From: Peribolospora baueri
Lineage: Eukaryota
Direction: 5' to 3'
Length of the DNA stretch: 64,000 nucleotides
NCBI GenBank assembly: GCA_029717555.1
Contig: JAMDHS010000011.1
Coordinates: forward strand, 62,001 to 126,000
The notes under the pieces were generated by a model that searched no databases, was not told where the DNA came from, and was given only the letters and a program-made list of their open reading frames with translations. This document shows positions 24,149-38,775 of this stretch, piece by piece (position 1 is the stretch's first letter; each line of letters begins with the position of its first letter). The translations under genes were made by a program, and so were the position numbers.

Positions 24149-27100
24149 TCAGAACCACGGCGCCCATAGGGTATCCTGCATGGCCAAGTTTTGAGGGTTA
24201 GTGGCACGAGACATGAGATCAATGATTGATTGACAGGCCGGTGTAGTGCCATTTGGCTGTTGAAAGGCAATATAAGCGCAGCAAGTCAGAATCAACACTC
24301 TTATTTCTACGTACAGACCAATTCGAAAAGGAACGCACCTTTTCTCGTTCAAGCTTGCATGACATGAGCTGTGCCTTTTGAATGATCTGCTGGATCGCCT
24401 GCAGCGTGCAGTCACGCAAAGCACCTTCCGGAGGCTGCTTATGATTGACGTTGAACCAGACCATTACTTCGTCGCGGATGAAAATGCTAAGCCGATGCTC
24501 CAGGTCGTAGAGCTGCGGCGCACAGAAGGCCTGGTGTCAGCGCGAGATAAATCGCAGATCGTGTCGGAAAGCAGCAGCAACTCACCTCTGGCTCAGTCAA
24601 GGAGCGACCTAGCGCCATCAGAGAGCTTGTAAGCAAACCTTCTATTCCCACTGGCGTGATGAAGTTTTGGACATTCGGCGTCAGTCGGAATGGCACGCTG
24701 TCGCTGCTCGCGAAGTTAGGGCCTGCAGGCGAGAAGGCTGCGTGCGATGCGATGGGACGAACAAACGTCAATACGTGATCGGTATCCCGCTTTCAACTAT
24801 AGCAGGCCGACCCACATGGCAAGATGTCCGACATGAAGACCTGGCCGTTCGCCCGAGATACGTGCAACCGAACGGGCAAACGGTTGCTGATGGTGAAGAT
24901 GTAGGTCAAGAATATGATCGACGCCATTTGCAGAGTGAACTGCTTGCGCATGAGCCAGAGATCCGTCGGCGACGCCATTGACCGCCACATGAACTGATGG
25001 TTTGCATGATGGTCACGGAAATGTTTAGCATATGGGAAGAGACAGTGATTAATGGAGAGCATGGGGAAGGCTCACCTTGCTGAGGACATTGTCTGGTACC
25101 ATCTTCGTACTAATCTCGTCCATCAACTCCATACGCAAGTTGATGAGGCCAGCGCGCTGTTCATGGGGAGCAAGAAGGCATTAGATAGAGCCACGTTAGA
25201 AGTGTCGTCCTGGCGCTGGACTCACCCCCTTTGACTGATCGAAGGAGGCTTTGAGCTTCTCAGTGAAAGCGATGACAGGGTCGTCCTTGCTCATGCCGAG
25301 CTCCTCGCAGTGCTTCTCGTAGATGTCTTGAAGACTGACGAACGAGCTCTGACTTTCCATCAGGCGAATGTTAGGCGCTAGAGGAATAGCCGCCGGCACA
25401 TGGAAAGATAAGCTCCGCTTGCGAGTCTCCTTGCGACTTTCAAGGACACTGAAGAAAAAGGATGGGTTAGTTTAGTTGAAATAGCTTGGGACTACTAATT
25501 CACTCACCCATTCAGAATACGCAGCATTTGCATGTTCTTCTCTTCTCGACGCGAATATCTGGGCGCCGGAAGCTGAACAGAGAACGAGTGCGTGCTACCC
25601 TTGTGGCCGAGAATGGTGAGGCGGCGAGTACACGTGCCGCCGGAACGCACGACTTCGTACTTCGGCAGGATTCGACTGATTTTGACGAAGTCAGCGTTGC
25701 TATCGTCCATTTTGAGGTATTGGCCAGGCACCTCAACCTCGTCAAACTTTTGGTGCTGGAACTCAACCAAGTAGTGACTGGAGTGCTCCAGAGGCTGCCA
25801 GCGCGGCCGTCGATCGAGGATTGCCTCGTAGCGGTCACGCCAGCGCTGGAGGCGCTGTACGTAATCGCGCAATGTAGGTTTGCTTTTTACGAAGTCTTCC
25901 TCGAACGCAGCCTGTGATAAGGAATTGAGTGATGTGAGCCTTTGTGCGAATCCACATGCCCACAGGCAGAACAAGAAGCAGAACTCGCCTTCAAACCAGC
26001 AGGATGTAAATTTTCCGCGAACCGAGCCACATTTGCGGCTGATGCGGGCGCCAGCATGCCATTGTCGTTTTGGCTCAAAGCGCGGCCCACATATTGCTGC
26101 CGGCCAATAACGAGACTTCTGTCAGGTTTACCACGTAGAAGTTTGTGCAACAAAAATGACGACTCACTTGCAGGCCATCGTTCAGAAGGGCATTTGTCAG
26201 GCGATACATGTCCTCGTCCCCCTGCGCTTTGAAACGCTGTTGGATCTGGTCGACCATGCTCTCCATTGTAAGGGCGAGAAGCGGAAAGGCGGTCTTAAGG
26301 ATGTTAAGGATCTCGTCCACCAGCTCCCACGGCTGTCTCGGTACAGCGGTTGGCGTCCCAGTGGAAGAGCTAGTTGGCGGAGAGCTCCCAGCGGGCTGAC
26401 CTGCAGTTGGAGCCGACGTCGGGGTGGGAGTAGCAGCAGCAGACGACGTAGCCGGAGAGCTACCTGCAGCCTGGCCAGCGTTCGCAGTGGCGCCATTGCG
26501 TGCCGCCATTTGCTGAGCCATGATCAGCTGATTGCGGCGCACGTTGGCGAAATCTTCCTTCGTCGTCCGCAACTGGAAATACAGAGCCTGGGAAGGAAAG
26601 AGCATGCAGACGTGTAAGTAATCTCTTCCTAACGTCCAAGGCTCGCGATACTCACCTGAGGATACGTCTTGGCAATCCTCATCAGAATCACGCGAGCGTA
26701 CTTTGCCTCTCGCTGCGAGAGACTCTGCAACAGTTGCGGAATGAAGGCGATCCAGTTCCATACTGGCATGTCCCCCTTGTACCCTTCAAACGCCTTGGAC
26801 ACGGTCCCAGCCTGGTCATCGAAGCCCAGGAACCAGAGGATGCGGATAAGGAGCTTGTAGACCTTGGAATTCTTGTAGAGGCCGGCCGCTTGCAAGTAGC
26901 AGCTGACGGCGTTCCCGGCGTAAGCCATTTCGGTCGGCTTCTCCCGAAAGATGCGGTCATTGTACCGACCCCATTCCATCCAAGCCTTGGCCAAGTTCAA
27001 GTCCATCTGAATTGCAGTCGCAAAGGCCTGGTTTGCGTCGTCGTTCAATCCGAGTTTGGCCATGAACATGCCCTTGAGCGTGAAAAACTCGGCTTTTTGA

Positions 27101-30100
27101 GGAGCCGCAAAGAACATCAGGTTGGTGTTGTTGATGACATCGAGACCGGCGGACAGCTCGTTCGGGTTTTGGTAGTGGCATTTAGCTTGCTCTCGCAGCT
27201 TGAGGAACGCCTCTTGGATCTCGATGTTGGGAAGTGTGTAGATTTTGGTCAACGAGCTTATGCAAACGTCGTTCAGATGGTGCTTGCGAGCAACGTAGGC
27301 GAAGCGATTGATGATCCAGGCCGTTTCGTGATACCCGCGGTAAGCGTACGAGTTGGTGCTGGAGCCCGTCGCGCCGTTTTGTATCATGGGGATCAAAGGC
27401 AAATACGCCTTGTTGACAGCGCCAAACACGTGTTGTCGCCATGCTACGAGATCGCTCCAAGCATCGATGTCGTCCCATGAGTTCGGTAGACGCTCGCGCC
27501 AAGTTTGCATGACGTTCTTGAGCTCCTGCGAGCGCTGGTCAAGGTTGGTGGCGTTGGTCTGCGCAAGGCTCGCGAAGATCTGGCCAGCTTCTTGAAGCTC
27601 AACGAACTGTTGAAAAATCTGAAGCAGAGGTACGTGGGCCTGTGTGACGATTGTTGGCAGCCCGTGCCATTTCCGTAGCGACAGTTGTACGGCTTCGTCG
27701 CAGATCCGCGAAAACTCGCTGGCCTTCTCTGCCCCGCCTTGCGACTTGACGAGTGCCATGTACGCCTCGAACACCCTGCGCCGAGGAGTGGGAGTCGCCG
27801 CTAAACTTTCGAGGGACTGCTCGAACAGCTCGCGCTCGGCCGTCCAGTCGGAGAGGCGCCAAGCACACTCGAGAAAGAGGTCGGTGTTGACTTCGAGCTT
27901 GGCGAGGTCATTGAGGATGTCCCACTGCTGCAACTTCTGAGCGCACATGACCCAGTGATCGCCCCAGACGTTGTACTCGGACTCGGTGAAATGCAACACG
28001 CCGGACCGGGACTTTGTCTGCGCTGCCTCATACACTGCCTGAGCTTGCGCCCACATGCCGTTCTGCTCGTAAGATATGGCAACGTTGGTTTCCGTGTAGA
28101 CGCACCGACGTCGCCAGAGGCCATAGAACATGTCCTCTTCAGAAAGCTCGGCAAACAGTTCTGCGAGCGCATCCAGAGCCGTTTCCCGGATAGTCTCCTC
28201 GTCACGAGAGAGGTTTTCGAGAAGGCCTTGAAGCAGTTCGATGGAAGTGTACCACGCGTTGAAAGTCCTGCCGAGGAACTTGACCACGTGCGGGGGCAGT
28301 TCCATCTGCGGCGAGCACGCCAGGGCGCCTTCGAGCAAGGTCTGAATGACGTTGGGGCGTCGATCGACCTGCTTGAGGTGGTACTCCTTCGTCAGGGTGC
28401 CGATAAAGTAGTTGGTCAAATCACGTGGCTCACGGCGGGAGAGACAGCGCCAGGCGGCCCTGAAGAAGGTAACCCAGAATCGATGTGTAATCTCGGGAGA
28501 CGTGTACAGCAAGGCGCGGGCGGGTTGCAGGATGTCCTTGGCGCAATACCCTTGCAACTGACGTCCAAACTCTGTGTCTGGCCACGCAGGGCTCGGATCC
28601 TCTTGCAAGAGCAGGTCGTCTTCGTCTGCCGAGCCGAGGAGGAGGTCAAGGGCTTGCTGCAACCAGTCCGAGTCCGCCAAGAACTCCCAGCTTTGGTGGC
28701 CAAAGACATAGTGCAGTCGAGTTGCGAGCGAGCGTGCGCACGTCTTATCGAAAACCTCAAGGAACCGAGAGCGCAGCTTCGGGTCCGGGTTCCGGCATCC
28801 GAGCAGGAAAGCGTTCTCGAGTCGAACCGTCAGCTCCGTGCGGGCGAAATCCGGAGTCGTGTAGATACTGAGAATGAGCTCAAGGAAATCGTTCAGCAGA
28901 CTTTGGTCGCCGCGCGCCTCGAAAGACATCATCTTGACGAGAATGCCAGCCTTCTCCTTCACGGTGGGGAAAGTCTCCTTCTGCTCCAGGATGAGCTTCC
29001 TCATCATGTCGAGGATGAAACGACAGAGGTAAACGCTCGAAGACTTCTCGACTAGTTGAACCAGTGCGCTCAAGAACCAGCGACGCTGTTCCTGCAGCAA
29101 TGAGATGCGGTCCCTCAAAAGCTGGAGCACCATAATGAGGAGCTTGAGCTGAGGATCCGAGGGCAGTACTGGGCTGTCGGCGTTCAGATGGTCCTTCGTG
29201 AGCTTGGTCAGTGCCTTGATGATGGACGGCGTGAAGGGTTCAACCTGAATGAGAATGACGCGGAGAAAGATTAGCTCAGAATGAACCAGAAAAGGTGGAA
29301 ACGATGACGCATCTCACCTTGTCCGGTTTGGAAACAGCCCAGCTCCGGAGCAAAACAATGGCGCCATGCAAATTGGTCAAGCTGCGCAGACCCTCTGAGA
29401 TGGTCGTGTCGGCAAAATTCAAGAATGCTCGCATGTCATCCTGGTCTTCCTCGCCTTCATCCGAAATTGACGACGGAGCCACTTTGAGGAGGCGTTCTAG
29501 AACACCCTGGAAAGCGTCGTGAAGAGCGGGCTCTGTGCTCAGCATGCTCTTCTCGAGAAGCTTGTGTAGCTGGGGCAGGTGGGCTTGGAACCAGTCGTCG
29601 GATTTGTTTGCGACGACCAGGTTCAGTACCTCTGCCGAATTGAGCAGCATGTGGATCGTGTTCTCGTTGACTTCTGACTGCACCAGAGTCCTCTGGAAGA
29701 AGGCAAGCTTAACGGTGACGTCGCTCCAGGCCGGCAGCGAGAGCAGCTCTGTCAGCGCGGAAAGGGCCCGCCGAACATGGCGAGACTTGTCGAGCGGCTC
29801 GGCGGACATGGCGACAAAGCGAAGAAGGTAGCTGACGATAATCTCACGATGCGCCATGGCCGGGACGTAGGTGTCGGCCGCGCTCAATGAGACCGACGGT
29901 GCAGAGGAGCCAGCCGTATCGAGGCGCACACGCTTGCGAGAAGGCGAGCCGGATTCGTCCTGGCTGCTTGACTTGGGCGACCTCCTGACGGTCGTCTCCT
30001 CGTCGCTGTCTCCCGCAATGCTAGCAAGTCGGCGTTTCTCCCACTTGAGAACAAGCTCGATCAGACTGATCGTGAGGCTTCGACTCTCCGAGGTCGCTGC

Positions 30101-33100
30101 CGGGTTCAGACCGAGACGGTTGAGCGAGTTGACGAAATGAGGGACAAACAGCTCACGACACGGGTAAAATTGATCGGGGTGGCGGACGATGAGATGGAAG
30201 ATGTTCGTGAGCTGAGGCAGGTTGTGACTGTCCTCGAGCATGATGCGCCGAGTATACTTGCTCCAAACCAAAGCACCACCCTCTTGAGACGCGAGTCTCT
30301 GTGGCAGAGCCGGAGTAAGGATGTCCAGCGCTTGTCGAGCGAGAGCCTTGCCTTCTGACTGGTGTGAACGTAAGAGGCCCGAGTACACTTGCAAGATGAT
30401 CTTGCTTGGCGAGTCAAAGACTCCGAGGAACCGCGCGATGAAAACGTAGGCCGCGTTCTTGGCCGTGACGTCCTCCGCGGTGATGTTCATCCAGCCGAAT
30501 TTGATGACGTCCTTGCGCACCGGAACGATCATGTCTGAGCAATGCTCCACGATCATAGTCGACATGTGCAGGAGCTCGATGCGGTACGCGTCATCGGAGC
30601 ACACGGCTTGTGCGCTTTGCTTGGTCAAGAACGGCCGCCAGACGCGAGTCACGAGCGCTTGCGTGAGTTCGTTGTTGATCAAAGCCTCCTTCTTAGCGTC
30701 CAGCTTGGCGGTTCGGAAAGTGGCCAGTAGCATAGGATTGATGATTATGCGCAAAATTTGCGCTTTGTGGGACTGGGAGATGTCCTTGTCCTCGAAAAAG
30801 TCAATGAACTTCTTCATCGCTGCGCGCTTGAGAGAAATGTCGTCGCTTCGTGCTACGCGCTCAAAGATAAACCGACTGACGTGGGTGTAATCGATCGAGT
30901 TCCGATATGTGAAGACGTCAACGACCTGGAAGATGAGATCGAGCTCGGGTGTTTTCCGAAGGTGGGTCAAGAAGATGTCGACGAGGTGCACAGACTCGCG
31001 CATCTGCCTCGTGGGAAGCGAGCGCTCTGCACGGCGACGACGTCGGCCTTCCGGTGACTTCCAAATGGCCAGCAGGGCTTCAAGGACATCAACGTGCTCG
31101 ATCGTCCATTCGGGCGTCTGCTCGAGGAGCGCTCTGATGATCAGGAGACCTTGAACGACACGATCCCCGTCGGGTTTGAGCAGAGGCAGAAGCAAGCGTT
31201 CCTTGGCGGAGGTGATCTCGGCGCGGATGCTGGCGGCGTGCTCAGAAGCGATGACTCTGCAGAAAGTCTGCAGATATCGTCGGTCCCCAATACGTTCGAA
31301 GAAGTAGTTGACGCCTTCAGCCGCGTAGCGGTTCAGGTACTTGGCGAGCGGCGTCGTGAAAGGGGTGCTTAACGTCCTCCTGAGCTGCGTCTCAATCTCA
31401 ACCACCCCAACGACGAGGTCATTCAGGAAGCAGTTGGCTGCAGGCGGGAGAAGATGGAAGATGTTGACGATGCCTGCCATGACCTTCACATCGACATTTT
31501 CCTCCACAGACATCACCGTTGCGTTCTGCAGCGTCGCCGGCTCCGACAAGGCACGCAGATGATCCAGAAGCTTGTTGCCGATCTCGACCTTGAAATAATT
31601 GGTCAAGAGCTCGAGCAGACGCGCCAGTCCTTCCAGGCCTGAGACGGACAGACGCTTATGATCGGCGAGATTCATCAAGATCGGCCGAAGGCCCGTTTGA
31701 AGGAGGTCCTTAGGAAGCTTGCTCTGGCGGCTCAGGACGTCGCGCAGGCTGTCGTAAGCGGTTTGAACGACCTCTGGTGACCTCGAGTACAATGACTTGA
31801 AGTAGACACCGATGATTTGCATGCGCGGAGCGCTCTGCTTTGGGCCGAAGAAGTCGGTGCACGCCATGGCCGCGGAGAGCAGTTTGATACAGACGACGCG
31901 GAGGTTGTTGACGGCTACCGTGTTCTTGTACTGAGACGTCCGGCCAAGTAGGGCCTGATCGTCCGCGTCCGCGAGCGCCAGAGCTTCGTGGAGGACGCGT
32001 AGCAGCTCGTCGCTAAACTCTGGCAACGGTGGTCGCAGAGTCAGACAGTAGGTGATGGCGTCGATGTGGCCGATCTGCATTCCAAACGGCAGGGCCCGGA
32101 GCGGTTTGGCGAAAATGGGACCCAACAGACGGTCGCGCACCGGTGCCAGCATTTCGTGAACGGGGCGGCCTTGCAGTTCGCCGAGAAGCTCAAACGCTTT
32201 CCGTGTCGTTTCTCGCACGGTCGCGTTGGAGCTGGACAGCTCGGTTACGAGGAGAGAGATGAGGTGTGAACGCTTGAGCTGGCGGTCCGGCGTTTCGGTA
32301 TCTTCTCCGACCTGCACGGCCTTGCGGATGACGTCAAGCAGCGTCTGACTGACTTCCTCCACGTTGCCCGGCGGATCGGTTGGCATGTCCTTAAGCATGA
32401 AGAGAAGGGCGCGCACGAATTCGATCACCCGCTCTAACATCCACTGGCTGCCGAGATCGACCTCGTTGGTCAACAACCTGATGCCCGTCCAGCCGCCCGT
32501 CTTGCGCGTCCAAGACTGCTCGTAGCAGAGCGAGGCGAACTTTTGCCCGAGGTGATGCAGGACAATGCTCGGAATGTCCTGTTTGCCCTCGTCCTCAATC
32601 TCCACGTCACGCAGGTTGGTGACAATGACCTTGACGAGCGCGGCGGTCACCTTGAGCTCGCGTGAGACGGACAGGCTCCCGAGCGTCTGTGCAATGGACT
32701 CCAGGAATGCCATGGTCAACGCAGTCAATGGTCGAACGATAGGCGTCGTAGATACCTCCCGCTTGAGCTCAAGGCCGAAGATGTGTTTAGCGAGATCCAC
32801 TATGTAACTGGACGCCTCGTCGGTGAGCTCCTCCGCATGCGTCGTCTCGAAAAGACCGCGTATGACCTTTTGGAAGAGAGACTCGCGCTCGGCATCATTG
32901 AGCGTGCCTTCCAAGAACAGGGCGACCGCATGACGTAACAATTCGTACGCTTTTCGCCGGTAGAACTCGTTCGTGTTCCTGACGTTTGTTAGCGCCAGGT
33001 CCGTGATCGGCGCGAGCGCCAGCGATTGCGGTCGGCCGTCAAAAGCAAGCGTGAACGTGGCTTCCTTCGCGTCCTTATAAGTGAGTCGCGCAGGCTGCTG

Positions 33101-36100
33101 GAGGAGTCGACGATTTCGTCCACCCATCTTGCCTAGAATCCGCATGGTCGTATGGGAGTGCTGATGGTTATGTGGAAGAGGCTGGAGGTGCTTCCACAGC
33201 GCCGACATGATCTCGTAGCTGTAAGGTGCCATGATTGGGTCGAGGAACTCCTGGGTGAGGTTGTCGATGCAAAGTTCGAGAGTGCGAAGGCCTTGGCTAA
33301 CGAGCTCCGGCGACGACTGCAGAGCCAGCACGAGCGGCTTCATGAGGTAGCCGAGGTACGGGAGGAGAACGCTAAGTCGGACAGGGACGGTGAGGCACAA
33401 ATCGACAAAAATTTCGCGTTGCGATGGCTCGGCGTTGTTCAGCAGCGTGTTGAGGTTCTCCAGTAGGACTTGCAGGAGCGGCAAGACGTCTTTGTAGAGC
33501 AACTCAAAGCGACCACCGCCGATGCTCCTGAACAGGGCCCGGAGGAGAAGGTAGTAGTTCGTCGGCTCCTCCGCCTTGCTTGCCAGCTTCATCGACGTCA
33601 TGATGAGACGGCTGAGATGAGGTTGCAGCACCGCCTCGTTGGCCTCCGGAAAGATGGTGACCGCCATGAAAGCCATCTTGAACAAACGAAGGGTGATCGA
33701 CGCGTGCTTCTTGTCCGACTTGCCCAACTGCTCCAAGCGGTTGACGAGGAAGCGAAGAAGAATGCCGACGAATCTGTGGGAGGAGGATTCGTTGGAGAGG
33801 AGGAACTGCGGTATGGCGAGCAGATTAGGATTCTTGAGCATCTCCTCGAAGAGGAAAGACACCTTGGCGCTCAAAACCTCCTGGAAGACTTGGGGCTCGA
33901 GGAGCAAGAAGACGTTGCAGAAGAGGTCCATGGTCTCCTTCTCGTCGCGCCCATCGCGGTGGTCGAAAACAGCCCAACAACGTACGCCGTTTTCCACCAT
34001 CCGGCCGACAACTTCGGCATCCGGGCCAGGCACGCCACAGTGCTTGAGTCCGACCAGGATCGTTTTCAGGCCGAAGACGAGACTTCGGAATAAGTATCGC
34101 AGGTCTGAGACGAGGTAGAGGCAGCGTTAGCGAGGAGTGGAACGGGGGAACAAACCATATCTGTGGGACACCCACCTTTGAAAGGATCCGGAATGACGCT
34201 CGCGTCCGCCACGATGGCTGCAGCCGCCTGGATGGGCTTACTGCGTTCGACCGCGATGATGTCCACTTCCAAGTCCTCTTCCTCTTTCTTTCCGCCCTGC
34301 TCGTCTACCTCCATCTTGTCGCTATCCTCCCCGCCCTTTGCTCTCTCGTCCTTCCCTTCCTCCTTGGCTTTACCCTTGTCGCTGTCCTTCGACGCAGTAC
34401 TGACCGACTTGAACTCTGGCGAGTGCATTTTGGCGAGGTCGCGATAGAGACGCCCCACGCTCGCAATCTTGTCCACAAACGTCTCGAGAATGCTGTGCAG
34501 CACCGGAATGGCCTCTTGAGTGCCGGTGTTGATGATGCTATCCAAGAGGTTGAGGAGGAGCTTGGCGCACATGGTCTGAATGCTCGGGGCCAGAGAGGGG
34601 TCGTGGAGGATACAAGCGTAGGTGTGGGCGATCCGGATCAGTTGAGGCTGTGGAAGCTCGTTCCTGGTATGATGCGCCAGGTCGGCGAGCATGCTACAAG
34701 CCAACGGCCGTAGAGTCTCGTGCGCCGTAAGGCCCGTCCCGATGAGCACTCTTTCATCCAATAGCGTGTCAATTTGAGGAATAAAATGCGTGCGGAACTC
34801 GGTGGACAGGATGTGCCGAGTTGCGACGAGGAGCTCCTTGCGCGTGGCCGACGCCTCAGGCGGACAGTCCTTCAGAAGCCTGATACTAACTTCTGGAATC
34901 GTCGTCAGGTAGTTGCGGAGTCCAGATGCAGAACCTCTGAGGACGTATGCGAGGAAGGACATGGTCTAAAAGCGGCACACAGACAGGTGGAACACAGACA
35001 GAAAAAGGGTGAGCGCAAGTGGACCTAATACAAGGTGAATTCAAGGAAACGCGCACCTTAACCTGCGCAACGATCAGCTCTGTAAATAAAGATCGCTTCT
35101 TGATGCCAGGAGCGACCCCGACAAACACCACTCCCTTCTCTGCCGCCTCACGATGGGCCTCAGCCTGAGGAGGCGCTTGAAGCCTCAAGAACTGTTCGAC
35201 ATTGGTCCAGAGCGTTAGACCTCTGGGCACGTTGTCCGGCAAGCACGCCGTCCTAGCTCACCTCGACGATCAGGGGGACGAAAACCTGGATGGCCTGCGG
35301 TACGACGGTGCGGTATGTCTGGAAGATGAGGACGATGGCGATGGGACATTCGGTGAGGACTTTGAAGCTGTATTGGCTTCGAGCCAGCTTGCGAGGTGCA
35401 TCAGCTGCCCCAGCACCAACGGTGTCGACCGCTGGAGACATAGGATTCGCCGGCTGCTGTTCCTGGTGGCTCGAAAAGGGGCAAGCCTCAGAGTCGTACG
35501 AGAAGAGCAAACCATCCTTCCAAAACAGGTACTCACCGAAGTCGCCGAAGCTTCGTCCTCGGCCTTGAAGCCCTCGTCCACTGTAGTCTCCATGTTCTTA
35601 TACAACATCTGCACGAGCTCAAGGAAAGGCTGCACCTGATCTTCCAACACTTGTTTGTAGCTACGATGGAGATCGATCACCACTTTGAGTGCCACTACCG
35701 CATTCTCCTCGTTGTCCGTCTGCAGGATGGTTAGCATCAGCTTCATCAGTGCCGGGGCGTGTGGTCGAAGGGCGTCGTTGTGTGGAAGGCGATGCAAGAT
35801 GTCGAGGATCGTGTGACGGAGCCTCTGTGGGAACGAAGGGGGGGCGGGATGAATAGCCAACAAGAGGTGAATCCTTGCTTTCGAAAGCTCCGGAGGATCC
35901 AAGGGTTAGTGCCGGTGCCCAGCGAAGATTTACTCACATGCTCCGCCTTGTCGCTGTAAAAAGCACACGGTACGGAGCTCAAGAGCTCCATGCAGACGGG
36001 CAAGAGCGCCTCGAGGAAGCGAGCATAGATGCGTTCGCTCGTCAGCACCTCGATCAAATCCTTGAGCTCGTTCGCCGCCGTCAGTTTGGCCTTGAAATCT

Positions 36101-36391
36101 GCGTGGTGTGGGGAAGGAAGGGGAAGGAGTCAGCGCACAACTCGCGCACGACCGATGCACGAAATTCTCCCATCCATCCAGCTCACCAGCGGACCCATCC
36201 TTCAACCTGGCCGCATAACTCTCCACATCGGGGCTGGATGAGCCGTGTCCGCTCGTCCCTCCTCCGTTCGCCAAGCTCCCGGGACCCACCGCACCGGTCC
36301 CAGTGCTTCCCACGGAAGGCGCATGCTCCGTGGTAGACGGAACTGAAGACGACGTCCCCGCCGAGGTGGCGTCCGAAGAGGAGACGGCCAT
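24149..36391 (-). CDS. TRA1: Transcription-associated protein 1 (TRA1/TRRAP), PIKK pseudokinase subunit of SAGA/NuA4
   Basis: SFKVLTECPIAIVLIFQ, LFRSIGGGRFELLYK, the FAT region (IYTLPNIEIQEAFLKLREQAKC), VPFRLTPN and the FATC end ATNPQNLAMQDTLWAPWF*. About 12 kb with one ~4.8-kb exon and no frameshift seen. Confidence 0.97.
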
Positions 36392-36993
36392 GCCTTGCTC
36401 CTCCTCTCTACCCGATGCCCGATCGAGGGGAGCTAGCTCGGCCGCGTCCTCCTCGTCTTTCCCGGCGGCGCCGCAAAAAGGTTGATTAAGTGGGGGAAGG
36501 ACGAAAGGAGCGCAAAGGGAGGTGGATGCGCAAAGAAAAGCGCGAGAATTGGAGTGGGGGTGGGGGGTGTGGATGGATGATGGGATGGAGGGTCAGGATT
36601 GGAGATGCGATCGAGTCGTTCGCTCAAGACCGACTGACCGCGCGCTGCGGCCGCGACGCTCGCGAACATTTCGAGAGCGCGCTCACGAATCGACGACCAC
36701 CATCTGCTCAGACCCCATCATAAGCTTGGCGGCGTCTTACCCCGTGGCATGTTAGCAGTTCCGACGATAGATGGCACCCAAAGTGTCCTCTCAACTGTGC
36801 TCAACGGCACGTCCGACCGGTGGTGCCCGCGACCCGCGGCGAGTCGAGGGCAGCCTGTGGCCCGACCGGTCACACCACCACGCGACTGGACGTCTTTTCC
36901 CTAGCAGAGGCACGGACGATAGAATGCCCCTTCCTAACCTTATGTCGTTTCAATATCGCGCACCAAAGGCCTATACATGCATTTTTCCATCCC

Positions 36994-38622
36994 TCAGCCG
37001 GTCTCGAGAGTGCGCGTCACCTCGAGAACGGTATCGACGGCAGCCAAGCGATGTACCCTGTCTACGCGCAGATCAGCCTTTTTCAGCAACGCGGTGTACT
37101 CCTGCAGGGAGCGTTCCCGCTCCGCTAAGGGCCATGACCTGAAAACTGGTCGTGTACCAGAACCGGGGCGAGCCCTTGGGGTTGAGGATGACGTCCATCA
37201 CGAACAGCTTCGAGCCTGAACCCGAGAAGGAGGAGCCCGGGCCAAGCTTGAAAGGCTCAGGGGTCATGAGCGAGCGCAGACCAGCGAGGATCTTGACGCA
37301 CGTCTCGTCGTCCCACTCGTGGAGGACGTAAGAAGGGGGCGCCTTCGAAGGCTCTGGCCGAGGACGCGAGGGACATGAGATCGGCTGGGACGAAACTGAC
37401 TCGGTCTAGCTGCGCCCGTTTCTTCTCGGACCAGACCTGGACCGGAAATTCCGGGCGACGAGGTGTGGCAGAGAGAATAGGCGGAAGGGAGCTTCGTGTC
37501 AGTTCAGTGGCGGGGTGGTAAGCCGGCGTTGCCGACACGACGGAAAACGGGAAGCGGGGGAACACTCTCTCTTGGCGTGCCCCACCACTTCGGGCGCATC
37601 ACAGAGGGTGAAGCGAAGATGGGGAAACTCGTCCACGAGCACCATTTCCAGCGCCCCGATGCCGGCGCCCATGTCGGATGATCGGATTCGCGAACGCGGC
37701 CCAGTCAAAGCCTGAAAAAGTCGAGCGCGGACTCGAGAGAACACCGTCACCACCGTTCTGTTCTACCGGGACCGCCAGGCACTTTGGACGTCGGCACAGG
37801 GACACACTGGAAACCCACCGGCAAGGACGCCGGGAACGAAGAGCTGGTGCATCTTCTTAATGCTCACGCTCATGCGCTTGTTGAGCACAGCATGGGTGGG
37901 CTCGTTGATGAAGGCGAAGTAGTCCAGCTGGGTGTGATACACGAGCTGGAAGGCCGTCCTACCATGCGCGTCCTCATCCGAGGCAGCCTCGGCGAAGTGA
38001 GACCCGGCCTTGTAGCCATCTTCGGTGCTGGAGGGAAACGAGCCCGGGGAACGAGCCACCTGTCAATGTGACAAGTCAGTCAGCTCCTCGCCCACATCTC
38101 TTGGCCATATCCATCCCCTTTCGAGGCGATTAATTTCAGATTGCGCGAAGCCATAGAGGACAGCCCGGGTCGAGTCCGACCTCGGTCTTACATAAACTGC
38201 ACGCTGTCGGAGATGGTCTGAGGCACGCGTCGGACCTGAGCACATGGGAAAAGTCGTTGTTGGTGTATACAAGCGTTTGGTCACCTTTGTCGTCTGTGGA
38301 CCCGCCTGCAGAGCTGACAAGGTCCGACACTCGGCTTGGTTGCACGTCCTTGACGCAGGCAGACTCGCACCATGGTTACATCATTACGGCGACCGCATAT
38401 GGATGGATGGGCCTGCGCACGCCCGCCGATGTGATATCGTGCTGTCCTCGCTACCGCTCGCCCAGTCGTCGGTCGTCGTGGTCGAAGTGCTCGAAAAGCT
38501 TTCCCTCCGTGCCCCGTCGCACCCGGTGCTGATCTGCATCCGTGCCTGCCACATGCTTCTCTCCTAATCATGATCCTGATCCGGACTTGTGCGTCAGAAG
38601 CGGCAGCGCTTTGCATATCCAT
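36994..38622 (-). pseudogene. SAM-dependent O-methyltransferase (Methyltransf_2-type) pseudogene; 5' boundary approximate
   Basis: The motifs GFDWAAF...II/DMGAGIG, YVLHEWDDETCVKIL, SKLFVMDVIL and ERSLQEYTALLKKA are present but split across frames by frameshifts near 37676, 37331 and 37120. Stop codons occur in the 5' part and intron remnants are retained. Confidence 0.8.
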
Positions 38623-38775
38623 GCTTCTAGCCGTCTCCGACCGGGACGGCTGTCTGCTGGGTGCTTACGTTGGTGGATGCGCCAGGCCGTCGTAGAGTGA
38701 CTCGGGTGTTAGCGCGAGATAGAGAAGGCGACGCCGACGCCGACGCCGTCTGACCCGGCCACCCGGCTAAGTGCC

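Noticed and set aside
24149..25900. TRA1 kinase-like domain lacks catalytic motifs
   Set aside because: A known property of Tra1/TRRAP pseudokinases.
26734..34118. Long + strand ORFs antisense to TRA1 (e.g. 27955-29055, 26734-27480, 33470-34093)
   Set aside because: Antisense shadows of long GC-rich exons.
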